Shown here one piece after another: positions 1 to 9,177 of a stretch of 64,000 bases of DNA. This DNA is from a bacterium. GTDB lineage: Bacteria; Patescibacteriota; Doudnabacteria; UBA920. Within the stretch, counting starts at the first letter, position 1; every line of letters begins with the position of its first letter. The translations under genes and the position numbers were made by a program. Location: the NCBI GenBank assembly GCA_021825655.1, contig JAKAGU010000002.1:13129-77128 (forward strand), written 5' to 3'. The notes below the pieces were generated by a model. It had not been told where the DNA came from, ran no database searches, and was given only the letters and a program-made list of their open reading frames with translations.

Positions 1-729
1 GGTGGCACCAACTTTCTGGGTCGGTGCTCGGTTTACGCTGGTCATTTCGTACCACAAGTCACAACCCAATGCATCACCTTTTAATCCTGGGTCAAGCATA
101 TAGGCATTTGGGTCAACTGTGGGATTGGCATCGTGTACATACTTTGCCCAGTCCTGGGCGCATTCACCCTTAAAACAAGGGACGTGCAAATCTATGTCCC
201 AAGTCGTGCTGGGGTTGGCTTGCGTCAAGTGTCCAACCGCTTGTGTTTGGATACTTGTAGCATCTGTCCAGTCTGTAAGCGGACCATGAAAAGCCGGAAC
301 GCTGGTATCCGTATTCACATCGCTGGTTTTCGATAAGAAAGGACACAAAAGCGGCATTTCTTGATAATACTGGGGGCAAGCAAAGTTCCCATTTGCATCT
401 TCAGTTACAGGCACATATGTGGGCAAGTCACCACCAGCTGGATGAACCCCAAGCATGCACTTCGGCTTTTGCTTAATAACATAATCCACACCCAAGGCAC
501 CGGACTGGGTAAATGACTGAGACAAAGCCAAAGTCACGGGCTGGTGCAAAATTTCTTGCGGAAAAACCTGGCCAAAAGCCAAAGCTTCCGTGCTGATACT
601 GGTCGCGTTGTCGATGGTCGCGGTCACATTTACAATGTGAGCCTCGTACGCGGAGAACGCGGCGGCTCCGGCAAGCACAATGGCCACTGTGGCCACGGCA
701 ATACCGGAACGAGTTAATATTTTTTTCAT
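1..729 (-). CDS. Secreted hypothetical protein, partial: N-terminal part in window, C-terminus lies beyond the window start
   Basis: Open minus-strand frame from ATG at 727-729 runs to position 1 without a stop. N-terminus MKKILTRSGIAVATVAIVLAGAAAFSA is a typical signal peptide. The rest is Cys-containing and Thr/Asp-rich. Not in the ORF track because it is open-ended. Confidence 0.5.
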   Translation of the reverse strand, partial: MKKILTRSGIAVATVAIVLAGAAAFSAYEAHIVNVTATIDNATSISTEALAFGQVFPQEILHQPVTLALSQSFTQSGALGVDYVIKQKPKCMLGVHPAGGDLPTYVPVTEDANGNFACPQYYQEMPLLCPFLSKTSDVNTDTSVPAFHGPLTDWTDATSIQTQAVGHLTQANPSTTWDIDLHVPCFKGECAQDWAKYVHDANPTVDPNAYMLDPGLKGDALGCDLWYEMTSVNRAPTQKVGAT

Positions 730-1458
730 AGTTGTGTAGTTAATTATTCTTTTCCTGCTCATTACCCTGCCTTTCTTTGGCAGGGTAGGCCTCCGATTTT
801 TTGTTGAGGGGCTATTTTTGCCTCTAACAAGGAGATGCTAATCTCCCTCCTCAGATTACCGACCCCTTGCTGGGGGCCTAATATGCAGGAAGTATTTTGT
901 TTTGCTGTCTTTCATCCCATGCACAAGTTTGAAACAAAGCCCTTAAACTGCTTGTACTATTAGATGAAAGGGTTGGGTAAGCTATCTCACTTCAGCCGGA
1001 GATACGCATACCGGACACTGAATGCTTATTTAAATAAGCATCGACCTTTCAATGTTATTGCCTTCAACTCCCCTCCTGTCTTAAAGTGAGGAAGTTGAGG
1101 GTAAAAATAAAGGCCCAATTAAACCCTTTCGGGCAATTAGGCCTTTTTTTCTACTCTCCTTAGTAAGTTGTGCCAACAAATTGGCATTCGGTATCTTTTA
1201 GAAAATCTACTTTATGCCGGTATAGTTGAAAGTCGGTGCCGGGGTTGCAAAAACACACTTTTTCTCATATTTATGAGAAAAATTGCCTTTTTGTTTTACT
1301 ATACCTTTATATTCTAACCCATTTTGTACACTTGTCAAATTCGATTTACAAATATGCGGTTTAACACAATTTTGGGCTTACTCAAAACCAAACTACAAAA
1401 AACCGGGCTTGCCTTTTAACTCCACGCCTTTCCTCCCCGGTTTTTTACGAAAACGGTT

Positions 1459-2406
1459 TTAAAGTAATGGCTTCCTCTTTTTTAACGCCAAGAAAACCAA
1501 GACTAACAGCACCGCGCAGCCCGCGAGAATCGCCCAACCCTGCCTTGGCTCCCCGCCTCCGATGGCTGAGATGAAAGAACCCAAAACTTTGCCGCTGGCA
1601 ACATTTTTGTTCTCGAGACTGAAACGGAATTCATTTTTCTGCAGCGTTTCGCCGCCCACTAAAGTAGAAGCCTCTGCCAAATAACGCCCCGTCGGCTGAC
1701 CAGCTGTAGGCCATTCCTGCACAGGCATGGTTTTCCGCTCTCCGGGGTTAACCACGGCTTCGGCTTCCGGATAGGGATATATGGCGTTAAAAACTGTCTT
1801 TCCGTCGTCGCTGTTTATTATTTTCAGCTGAAAACTCGGCTTTAAGGCAATATTCCCAAGATTTTCATAGATAATTTTTATCTTTAAAGGATCCCCTTGT
1901 TTTACGTCGTACGATTCCGGAATTAAAGCCGTGTCGAGCTTAACAACTTCCTGGTCAGTTACTTTAATTTTTACCTGCCTGCTTACCATCTGGGCTATGG
2001 AAACGGAGCTCCCGTTTTCTTTTGGCCCATCCGCCGCCGCCTGTTTAACGAAAACCTCGCCGACATAATCACCGTTGGGGGTGGCATCGGGGACTTTTAT
2101 TTTTGCAATCACATCATAGTACGAAGTCGCCGGGACATTTACTTTTGTGATTGGGGTGTCCGGTTTTCCTTTTTCAAAAAAAGTAACCCAGCCTTTTATT
2201 CCGCCGTCGCTGCCGAACAGATAAACGGCTTCGGTTTTTTGAGGATTAAAAACCGTTACGGTTTTGGAAACCTCCCCTCCCCTTAGCATGCTGTCAATTA
2301 CTATGGGTTCGGTAATCATACCTATGGCGGCGGCGCTTCCGGCCTTACCCGCAAGGCTTAAAAGCAAAGCCAAAACCACAACTTGGAAAAAACGTATTTT
2401 ATGCAT
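1459..2406 (-). CDS. Cell-surface hypothetical protein with N-terminal signal peptide and C-terminal hydrophobic helix plus basic tail (sorting-signal-like)
   Basis: 315 aa ORF. N-terminus MHKIRFFQVVVLALLLSLAGKAGSAAA is a signal peptide. C-terminus GGGEPRQGWAILAGCAVLLVLVFLALKKRKPLL is a TM helix followed by KKRK. Confidence 0.6.
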   Translation of the reverse strand: MHKIRFFQVVVLALLLSLAGKAGSAAAIGMITEPIVIDSMLRGGEVSKTVTVFNPQKTEAVYLFGSDGGIKGWVTFFEKGKPDTPITKVNVPATSYYDVIAKIKVPDATPNGDYVGEVFVKQAAADGPKENGSSVSIAQMVSRQVKIKVTDQEVVKLDTALIPESYDVKQGDPLKIKIIYENLGNIALKPSFQLKIINSDDGKTVFNAIYPYPEAEAVVNPGERKTMPVQEWPTAGQPTGRYLAEASTLVGGETLQKNEFRFSLENKNVASGKVLGSFISAIGGGEPRQGWAILAGCAVLLVLVFLALKKRKPLL

Positions 2407-2487
2407 ATAAAATAATTAGTTTTTAAAAGTTAACGGGCTGTGCCATAAATTTAACACGGCCATAAAAACAAAGGTTTAATTTTTATA

Positions 2488-3828
2488 TTAATTCGCATTT
2501 CTCTTTTCCTTATCTGCGCCGTGTTTCTGGATTGCCTCGCAAGAAATCTGACCAACTTTTTTAGCGTCGAGGATCATTTTTCCCGAATAAACCCCAGTGC
2601 CGTCCTGGGGAAAACCCAATACTTCAACGGCAAAATCTATGGGGTAGGTTTCCCCCAGTTCCAGAACTTCACCGACAGAACCGATCTCATTAGGCCAATA
2701 ATTTGTCCAGGCTGAGCCGGGCCCAATCCGGGAAGCATACTTTATGTTCCAAGCGCTGCCGGCTTTGCCCAAGCCCATATCGTCCTGTTGGATTTGTATT
2801 TGTAATCTGGTGTTCCCCACGTTTCTGAGAGTAGCCCGATTTTCGGTTTTAGTTTCCTGCCAGACGGCATCCCCTTCAACAACCTTTTTGGAGCCCAATT
2901 CCACTTTTCCATAATTTAGGCTGGCGAAATCATTTTCAAAAGCTGTAAGCTCTAAATATTTGAAAGTCCCGGAAAAGCTGTTACCAAGCCGCTCTCCTTT
3001 GTCCTTGCCAAAAATTGAAGCGCTATAACTGCCCGAGGGGTCGTTATATTGCAGCTCGTAATCCGAGCAAAAAACCGCGGCGGCTTCTTTCTGCAAAGCC
3101 CCTTCCTGGCCGCAAATCTCATCAAAGCCCGAGGCGTTGTTAAATTCCGGCAAGCTAGAATTTTGTGCCCGGATCTTATCGCAAAAAAGACTCAAGCCGT
3201 CCGCTTTTGCCAAACGTGACATCGGCTTCCGAGTTTCTATTTGCCCCCCGCAACTTTTTCCCCCGTCTTTCGCCTTGCCTTCCAAGTTATCCGTTGGGTA
3301 CTGGACTTCGCTAAAAACCGATTCCGAACCAATCACCCCCTTAGGCTGGGACACAATTGCGCAAACCGAAAACGGCTTGCTAACCTGAAACCGGCCTGAG
3401 GGCAAAAACTGGGCTCCCGCGTCCGTGTTGTCGTCTGTTCCCAGCAAAGCAGCCCCCGGTCCGTGCATTTCCCAAAGCGCTTCGATTGACAGAGGCCCGC
3501 CTGTTCCCTGCGGGGTTTTTGCTTCCATAAACCTGGTGCCAATGCTTTCCAATGTGTCTGTCGAAGCAGACGCAGGCTCGGGCTCTGCACCCAAAAGCGG
3601 CGTGGCTGTCGAGGCGGAACCCGGTTCGGTAATTAAGGTCGTAGTTGGTTCCACCGGAGGTTCAGGCGCCGGGATAAACTCGGGCGCTATAGCCGGCTCT
3701 GCGGCCGGCTCTAAAGGAGGCGTGGACGTCGCCGTGTCTTCGGCCCTCGTTAAAACAGGCCAGGCTGGTAAATTTATCAGCGCCATAATTGCAAACACTG
3801 AAATTATTTTTTTCATAAAATAACCCAT
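2488..3828 (-). CDS. Secreted Cys-containing hypothetical protein with Pro/Glu/Ala-rich N-terminal linker (paralog A of a tandem pair)
   Basis: 446 aa with a signal peptide. Shares the motifs AGAQF(L/V)PSG, LFC..R, EICxxxGxLQKExAAV(F/Y)C and RNVGNTRL..QQDDMG with ORF 4060..5196. Confidence 0.6.
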   Translation of the reverse strand: MGYFMKKIISVFAIMALINLPAWPVLTRAEDTATSTPPLEPAAEPAIAPEFIPAPEPPVEPTTTLITEPGSASTATPLLGAEPEPASASTDTLESIGTRFMEAKTPQGTGGPLSIEALWEMHGPGAALLGTDDNTDAGAQFLPSGRFQVSKPFSVCAIVSQPKGVIGSESVFSEVQYPTDNLEGKAKDGGKSCGGQIETRKPMSRLAKADGLSLFCDKIRAQNSSLPEFNNASGFDEICGQEGALQKEAAAVFCSDYELQYNDPSGSYSASIFGKDKGERLGNSFSGTFKYLELTAFENDFASLNYGKVELGSKKVVEGDAVWQETKTENRATLRNVGNTRLQIQIQQDDMGLGKAGSAWNIKYASRIGPGSAWTNYWPNEIGSVGEVLELGETYPIDFAVEVLGFPQDGTGVYSGKMILDAKKVGQISCEAIQKHGADKEKRNAN

Positions 3829-4059
3829 CCTTTCCTCCGTAAGTGCCGAGGAAATTTAAAGGATGCCCCCTAATTTAATTCCCGATTATTTTATTCTGAT
3901 CTTATTTCAAAAATCAGTAATTTTCTTGTCCGCTGGGAGAAACCCAAAGCTTAATCAGGCCTCTTTATAAAATTGTCCTAAAGTTTGGTTTTTAAACTTC
4001 GACTTTCTCCCAAGGGGACAAGGGTCCCCTTAGTGGCAAAACAGCTCGCTAACTCAACT

Positions 4060-5196
4060 TTAAGGTGCTGTTGCGCAAGCCAGAGGAGGCTCGCTTGCAG
4101 CGCTCAAGGTCATAGTGCCGGTATAGGTGTCCCCGACGTGAGTCGGCGGGAATTTGGATACGTAAATGGAGAAATCCATTTCATCCAATTGGGACAGATT
4201 TAAAGGATTCAGCAACTGTGTGAGCGTATCCGGATCGTAATGCGCCCAAGTGGCATTACTGCCGACCCTGGCGTCATACCTTACGTTCCAAAGGCCATTG
4301 GTTTTGCCAAAGCCCATATCGTCCTGCTGCACCTTCATGGACAATCTAGTGTTGCCCACATTCCTGACCGATGCCTTGCCCTGGTTTACGGCATCCCAGG
4401 TCAAGTCGCCGCTGATAATCTTATCGGTGGCCAATCTGACATTACCGTAACCAACGGAAGTAAAGTCGGTTTCAAAAGCTGTCAAAGGAAGATAAGTAAA
4501 CTGATTTTCTAACCTTCCCTGCAAGCCGACTTTGTCCTGGACTACTGACCAGACCTTATAATCACCAGCTGTATCTTCGTAAGAGAGGTCTTTCGTAACG
4601 CAATAAACCGCCGCAGTTTCTTTTTGCAGTTCACCGTCAGTCTTACAGATTTCGTCGTAGTTATAGCCGCTGGCAAAGGTTGCCAGGTTGTTGTTATTGT
4701 TCCTTACCTGGTTGCAGAAAAGCTCAATCCCGTCCGCCTTGGACAGCTGGATTAATTTATCTTCCTGCATTAAGTTGCCGCACGCCAAACCAGACTGGCC
4801 TGGCAGCGGGACATGGCTTGAGCCCAGAGCAATCCCCTCTGGGTAGAAGACATCGCCATAAACCGCCCCGGGGGCTGTGGTTACGTCAGCCAAACCGTCC
4901 GGATCCGTGACAACAGAACAAAGAGCAATGTTTGTGTTCGTGTCCTTTATGCCTGAGGGAACAAACTGCGCGCCAGCTGTAGTTTGTTCGTCCGTATAAT
5001 AGCCGGTAACAGGCAAAGGTGTACCTGTGCCCTTATTGGTGGCGCCATACGCTTCCCATTTTGCTTTCACAATGGGAGCTGAGCCGCCGCTTGTATCACG
5101 CGTTAAACCAGTAGTAACATTGCCGGCCGAAGCTGGCCCAGACGTCATGGCAAATAGGGATGCCACTGTTACTAGGGTATAAATTCTTTTAATCAT
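4060..5196 (-). CDS. Secreted Cys-containing hypothetical protein (paralog B)
   Basis: 378 aa with signal peptide MIKRIYTLVTVASLFAMTSGPASA. The conserved 4-Cys pattern and C-terminal beta-rich region are collinear with 2488..3828. Confidence 0.6.
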   Translation of the reverse strand: MIKRIYTLVTVASLFAMTSGPASAGNVTTGLTRDTSGGSAPIVKAKWEAYGATNKGTGTPLPVTGYYTDEQTTAGAQFVPSGIKDTNTNIALCSVVTDPDGLADVTTAPGAVYGDVFYPEGIALGSSHVPLPGQSGLACGNLMQEDKLIQLSKADGIELFCNQVRNNNNNLATFASGYNYDEICKTDGELQKETAAVYCVTKDLSYEDTAGDYKVWSVVQDKVGLQGRLENQFTYLPLTAFETDFTSVGYGNVRLATDKIISGDLTWDAVNQGKASVRNVGNTRLSMKVQQDDMGFGKTNGLWNVRYDARVGSNATWAHYDPDTLTQLLNPLNLSQLDEMDFSIYVSKFPPTHVGDTYTGTMTLSAASEPPLACATAP

Positions 5197-5480
5197 ATAT
5201 TTAGCAAGTAGTTATTAATTTTTTGTATTCGATCTTGTTACGAGACCTAGATTAAGTCCCGAACAGAGGTCATGACCATCCGCTGCAGCTTTAACCCTTT
5301 TTAGGGAACTCACAGCGGATGAAAGTTTTGTATTCCTCCCCCTCCCGGAGAAGTCCGACCTTTTAAATACAAACAAATATGCCCAAACGAGCAGCTGCAT
5401 TTTTCCTATTGGACGAAAATGTTTGTACTTAATGCCTCACGCATTCCCTCCCCGGCTTATGCGCGAAGCGGCTGCTTAGC

Positions 5481-5528
5481 TGCAGGGGCCGGGGCAAAAG
5501 CCTCCGCTTTTGCCTCCGACATTTGCAG
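5481..5528. repeat. Intergenic palindromic repeat element, copy 1 (ctgcaGGGGCCGGGGCAAAAGCCtccGCTTTTGCCtccgacatttgcag)
   Basis: Near-identical to the copy at 6186..6232 (about 42/48 nt). Contains an internal 9-bp hairpin GGCAAAAGC/GCTTTTGCC flanked by ctgca...tgcag inverted ends. Confidence 0.45.
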
Positions 5529-5606
5529 CCAAGCTCTTTACAAATAAAAAACACGCCTTTGCCGGGTATTCCATAACGAACACCCGGCTTCAGACGCGTG
5601 TAAAGA

Positions 5607-5993
5607 TTATAGTCGCAAATTGGCGGATTTGGGCTGCAATAGCCCGGAGGCTAAAACGGGAAGCTGGCTCAAATTTTCACAAAATTCCCTAACGGTTTTT
5701 ACGCACCCAAAAGCAAACGAAAATATTTTTGCGCTTAAAAAAATTGAAACCTTTTTCAAAAGAATTACTGCCGCGGAAACCAAGCCCACGGCTGTGACAA
5801 AGTAACCAGCGGCCCTTTCTTCAGCGGCCGCCTCTATGCCGAAGCAGGTCTGGGTATCGTCAATCACCAGACCCGACAGACAGGTCTGGGAAAAGAGGGA
5901 AAGCGAAAAACTGCAAAAAACAACCGTAAAAGAAATAACGAATGCGGTTTGGTATTTTTTCAACCAGCTAAAAATTGGCATGGTGGTTGGCAT
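5607..5993 (-). CDS. Hypothetical small membrane protein
   Basis: 128 aa ORF with at least two hydrophobic helices. No recognisable motif. Confidence 0.35.
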   Translation of the reverse strand: MPTTMPIFSWLKKYQTAFVISFTVVFCSFSLSLFSQTCLSGLVIDDTQTCFGIEAAAEERAAGYFVTAVGLVSAAVILLKKVSIFLSAKIFSFAFGCVKTVREFCENLSQLPVLASGLLQPKSANLRL

Positions 5994-6185
5994 AAATAAC
6001 CGCTTATGTATTAAGCATGGCCCTATATTGGGTAGATGTCAAGAAACGGATCCTTGCGCCTGTTTTTTAAACCCCTTATAAATACGCGATATTTTGACTC
6101 ATTGTGGAAGCTTTGTGGATTAACCTGTGCATTGGCTGTGATTATTTAACAAAAATTTTGTTAGCTTTAAAAAAAATCTACTGCA

Positions 6186-6232
6186 ATGGCCGGGGCAAAA
6201 GCCCTGCTTTCGCCTCCGACAGTTGCAGTAGA
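6186..6232. repeat. Intergenic palindromic repeat element, copy 2
   Basis: ctgcaatGGCCGGGGCAAAAGCCctgCTTTCGCCtccgacagttgcag. The sequence and hairpin architecture match the copy at 5481..5528. Confidence 0.45.
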
Positions 6233-6320
6233 AAAATATTCACAAGGATAAAACCTTGGCTATGGCATAGGATATTACGCGGATTGCGCAAAATTATTTC
6301 AGCAAATTTCTTTTTATAAT

Positions 6321-6352
6321 AAAAACCCCGCACTGCATGCGGGATTTTTTTT
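6321..6352 (-). terminator. Rho-independent terminator downstream of the SRPBCC gene (hairpin cccgcaCTGCAtgcggg flanked by A/T runs; bidirectional in shape)
   Basis: aaaaaccccgcactgcatgcgggatttttttt. On the minus strand this reads as a hairpin followed by a T-run. Confidence 0.55.
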
Positions 6353-6368
6353 AACTCGGCATAAACTC

Positions 6369-6758
6369 CTACCTATCCAAAAGCTTCTTTAACGGTTCCC
6401 AATAATAATCCTTCCAACCCTGGGCAATATCCGCGGCTTTGTCGTCGGGTACGCTGATTTGAGTAAAGTTCAAAACCGTATTTTTGCCCGCTTTTTTGAA
6501 TTCATAAATCGCCGTGGAATAATGCCCCTTGGGCCAATCCTCGTAGCGCCAGGTCTGGATAATTTTTGCGCCCGGCTCCAGCACCAGGTTCTGGCCCTCA
6601 ACAGCGCCGCCGTAAGCCGTAAACCTGTCCCCGGCTTTGGCCGTCATTTTGACCTTGTCGCCAATCAGCTTAGTGTGTTTTTTGGCATCAGCCAAATAAT
6701 CATAAACCTCTTTAGGCGTGCCCTTAAAAATTATGGTCTGCTTGATAGTTTTAGCCAT
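6369..6758 (-). CDS. SRPBCC / Activator-of-Hsp90-ATPase (AHSA1, YndB-like) domain protein
   Basis: Size about 130 aa and pattern MAKTIKQTIIFKGTPKEVYDYL...GDRFTAYGGAV...IIQTWRYEDWP are typical of the AHSA1/SRPBCC fold. Start taken at MAK to avoid a 29-bp overlap with pyrD. The upstream GTG start at 6797 is the alternative. Confidence 0.6.
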   Translation of the reverse strand: MAKTIKQTIIFKGTPKEVYDYLADAKKHTKLIGDKVKMTAKAGDRFTAYGGAVEGQNLVLEPGAKIIQTWRYEDWPKGHYSTAIYEFKKAGKNTVLNFTQISVPDDKAADIAQGWKDYYWEPLKKLLDR

Positions 6759-6768
6759 AAAAAATAAT

Positions 6769-7911
6769 TTAATTGCTTTTCGGTTTAAAATCCGCACCCA
6801 CGGCTTCTATGATGCTGGCAAAGCCGTCCCTTTTGAGGAGTCCGACCAAATCGTGGTTAATCAGGCCGATAATTTCCGGGCCTTCAAAAATCATGCCAGT
6901 AATCATTTGGATAAGCGAGGCGCCCAGCCGGATTTTTTTGTAAGCATCGGCCGCACTAAACACCCCGCCGCAGCCGATAATTACGAATTCTTTGCCTGCC
7001 TTTTTATAAATATAAGCAATCTGTTCGTTGGCCAAATCTTCCACCACTTTGCCCGAGATGCCGCCTTTTTCCGGTAACTTATCTTCCGCGCTGATTTTGC
7101 CGTTGTTGCGCTGCTTGGTCAGATTGGTGGAAACAAACCCGGTAACCTTATACTTGCGGGCCACGGCCAAAATTTCATCCAGTGCGTCCGTGGAAAGGTC
7201 GGCCGGCATTTTAATGAACACCGGCTTTTTTTTGCCGCCGATATCCAGGGCGGCGAGCAGGCGGTCCAGTTTGACCGGATCCGTAAACGGCTCCCCGCCA
7301 AAAGCGTTAGGGCAGGAAATGTTTATGGTAAAGTAATCCCCCACCCCCTCCGCCGCAAAAGTCTTGTAAGCCTTGAGGTAGTCCGCAATGCCTTTTTGCT
7401 CTTCTACAGTGTCCGGTGAATTGGCCTTAGCCAAACTTATGCCCACGGGAAAGCTAAATTTCATTTTTTTCAAACGCTGGGAAATGGCTTCGCTGCCATC
7501 GTTCTTTAGGCCGTAGTTCACAACCAGGGCCCGGGACTTAGGCAAGCGCCACAGCCAGGGGCGCGGATTGCCGTTGCATGCCACCCCCGTTACGCTGCCC
7601 GCTTCCATAAAACCAAAACCCACTTCCGGCAAAATCTGGGTAAGCTGCGCCTCCTTGTCAAACCCCGCAGCCAGGCCAATGGGGTTTTTAAAGGTCAGCC
7701 CGGCCACCTTTTGTTCCAGCATGTGATGCTGGTAGAAAAACAGCCAGCGCACCAGGCTACGGCTCCAGGCATGCTTGCCCAAAAAATGACCTACGCGCAC
7801 CATGCGCTCGTGCACTGTTTCGGGGTCCTGCAGGAAAAAGATTTCCTTAAGTATGTATTTGTACTTAAACCGGATTACGGCGGCCTTCAGCCTGAACCAC
7901 GCATCTTTCAT
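6769..7911 (-). CDS. pyrD: Dihydroorotate dehydrogenase (quinone), class 2
   Basis: LTFKNPIGLAAGFDK, the N-terminal membrane-association extension (FLQDPETVHE...) and the overall layout are collinear with E. coli PyrD. Confidence 0.85.
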   Translation of the reverse strand: MKDAWFRLKAAVIRFKYKYILKEIFFLQDPETVHERMVRVGHFLGKHAWSRSLVRWLFFYQHHMLEQKVAGLTFKNPIGLAAGFDKEAQLTQILPEVGFGFMEAGSVTGVACNGNPRPWLWRLPKSRALVVNYGLKNDGSEAISQRLKKMKFSFPVGISLAKANSPDTVEEQKGIADYLKAYKTFAAEGVGDYFTINISCPNAFGGEPFTDPVKLDRLLAALDIGGKKKPVFIKMPADLSTDALDEILAVARKYKVTGFVSTNLTKQRNNGKISAEDKLPEKGGISGKVVEDLANEQIAYIYKKAGKEFVIIGCGGVFSAADAYKKIRLGASLIQMITGMIFEGPEIIGLINHDLVGLLKRDGFASIIEAVGADFKPKSN

Positions 7912-8129
7912 TGGGTTTTATCCTTAATGTCTTCAATAAACAACACGCCCGCGCTGTCGCGGCACTGCCGGGGGTAGCTTTCCATGACAGGGTAGCCCGC
8001 TGCCGCGCACGCCTGAAAACTGCTTACCGGCGGCTTGGTTTTAGGCTTTTTTAGCATGGGGTACACGGCCAAAAAAATCGCGGCAAACGCAAGCAGCAGA
8101 GAAAAAAGCGTGACAATGACCCGCCTCAT
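7908..8129 (-). CDS. Small N-terminally membrane-anchored hypothetical protein
   Basis: 73 aa with one TM helix (VIVTLFSLLLAFAAIFLAVY). Tightly packed between the NUDIX gene and pyrD with 4-bp overlaps. Confidence 0.4.
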   Translation of the reverse strand: MRRVIVTLFSLLLAFAAIFLAVYPMLKKPKTKPPVSSFQACAAAGYPVMESYPRQCRDSAGVLFIEDIKDKTQ

Positions 8130-8130
8130 A

Positions 8131-8544
8131 TCAAAGTTGAATTATTTGTTTGTCTACGAGTTCCTTAAAATAAATATCCAGTTCGGCTTCGCTCAAATTT
8201 TTAATCTCCGCGGCCTCAAACCACCTGGCCTCCAAATGGTCGTCGTCCAAAACCGGCTCGCCCGCAATCTCACCCGTATAGCTCAAGCGCACCACATGCC
8301 GGCCGGGCACGCGCAGAATATCCTGTGCGGCCACGAGTTTTGGGTCGCCCGCGTATTCCAGCCTAACTTCTTCCAAAATTTCGCGCCTTAAGTTACCAAG
8401 CAGCGGACTGCCCGGCTCAATGCGGCCGCCCACAATATCCCATTTGGGTCCGACCTCCGGATATTTTTTGGGGTTGCGGCGCACCAGCAGGTATTGGCCT
8501 GCCGGATTCTTGAGCAAAATTTTTACGCCGACCTGGAGTTCCAT
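8131..8544 (-). CDS. NUDIX hydrolase
   Basis: Nudix box GGRIEPGSPLLGNLRREILEEVRLE (Gx5Ex7REUxEExGU). Confidence 0.8.
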   Translation of the reverse strand: MELQVGVKILLKNPAGQYLLVRRNPKKYPEVGPKWDIVGGRIEPGSPLLGNLRREILEEVRLEYAGDPKLVAAQDILRVPGRHVVRLSYTGEIAGEPVLDDDHLEARWFEAAEIKNLSEAELDIYFKELVDKQIIQL

Positions 8545-8547
8545 AAC

Positions 8548-9177
8548 TTACAGATTTTTACTGCTTTCAAAAAATTCTTTGCCGCGAGCCGCCAGCAAGT
8601 CCCGGCCCCAGGCAACAATAAATTCGGCCATTTCTTTTTTGGCAACAGCATCCTTAAATTTGGCGATTTTGGAATGCAGGCCTTTTTCCGCCATATGGAT
8701 ATCGCCCTCGGACAAACGGCCCATGTACAGCTTATAGTGCGTCGCTTCCACATAGTCGGCAATCTTGGCCACCAGTCCTTCGTCGGTTTTGGGTTCCATA
8801 ATTTCGTCACCGGCCTTGCGGAAAGCCGCGGCCTGAGGCCCAAAAAACTTGGACAGATACACCAAATTTTCTTTTTCAAAATTTTTGGCCAATTTTCTGG
8901 CCTTGGGGTTGGCGCGCGCATAGGGCATGGAAATGTCCCCGCCCAAAAGCTCGCCTAAGTCGTGCACCAACGCCAGCTCCAGAACTTTTTCCACATTCAA
9001 TTTTGCGCCTTTCGCATTGAGGTTGGCCGCCAGCTGCCAGGCGATGAACGCGACCAAATAGTGGTGCTGGGCCAAATCGGAAAGCTCGTCTTTGGGAATG
9101 CCGGCGAGGGCATAGCCGTACTGCGGCTGGGACCGGGCCAGCTCAATCAGCCGGAAAAGTTCAGTCAGTTTATTCAC
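8548..9177 (-). CDS. HD-domain phosphohydrolase (YfbR-like 5'-nucleotidase family)
   Basis: H...HD...D motif spacing (HHYLVA ... LVHDLGELLGGD). Confidence 0.7.
   Translation of the reverse strand: MNKLTELFRLIELARSQPQYGYALAGIPKDELSDLAQHHYLVAFIAWQLAANLNAKGAKLNVEKVLELALVHDLGELLGGDISMPYARANPKARKLAKNFEKENLVYLSKFFGPQAAAFRKAGDEIMEPKTDEGLVAKIADYVEATHYKLYMGRLSEGDIHMAEKGLHSKIAKFKDAVAKKEMAEFIVAWGRDLLAARGKEFFESSKNL

Noticed and set aside
5215-5400. 61-aa minus-strand ORF upstream of paralog B
   Set aside because: No signal or RBS, lies in a promoter/UTR-like AT-rich region, and has low coding plausibility.
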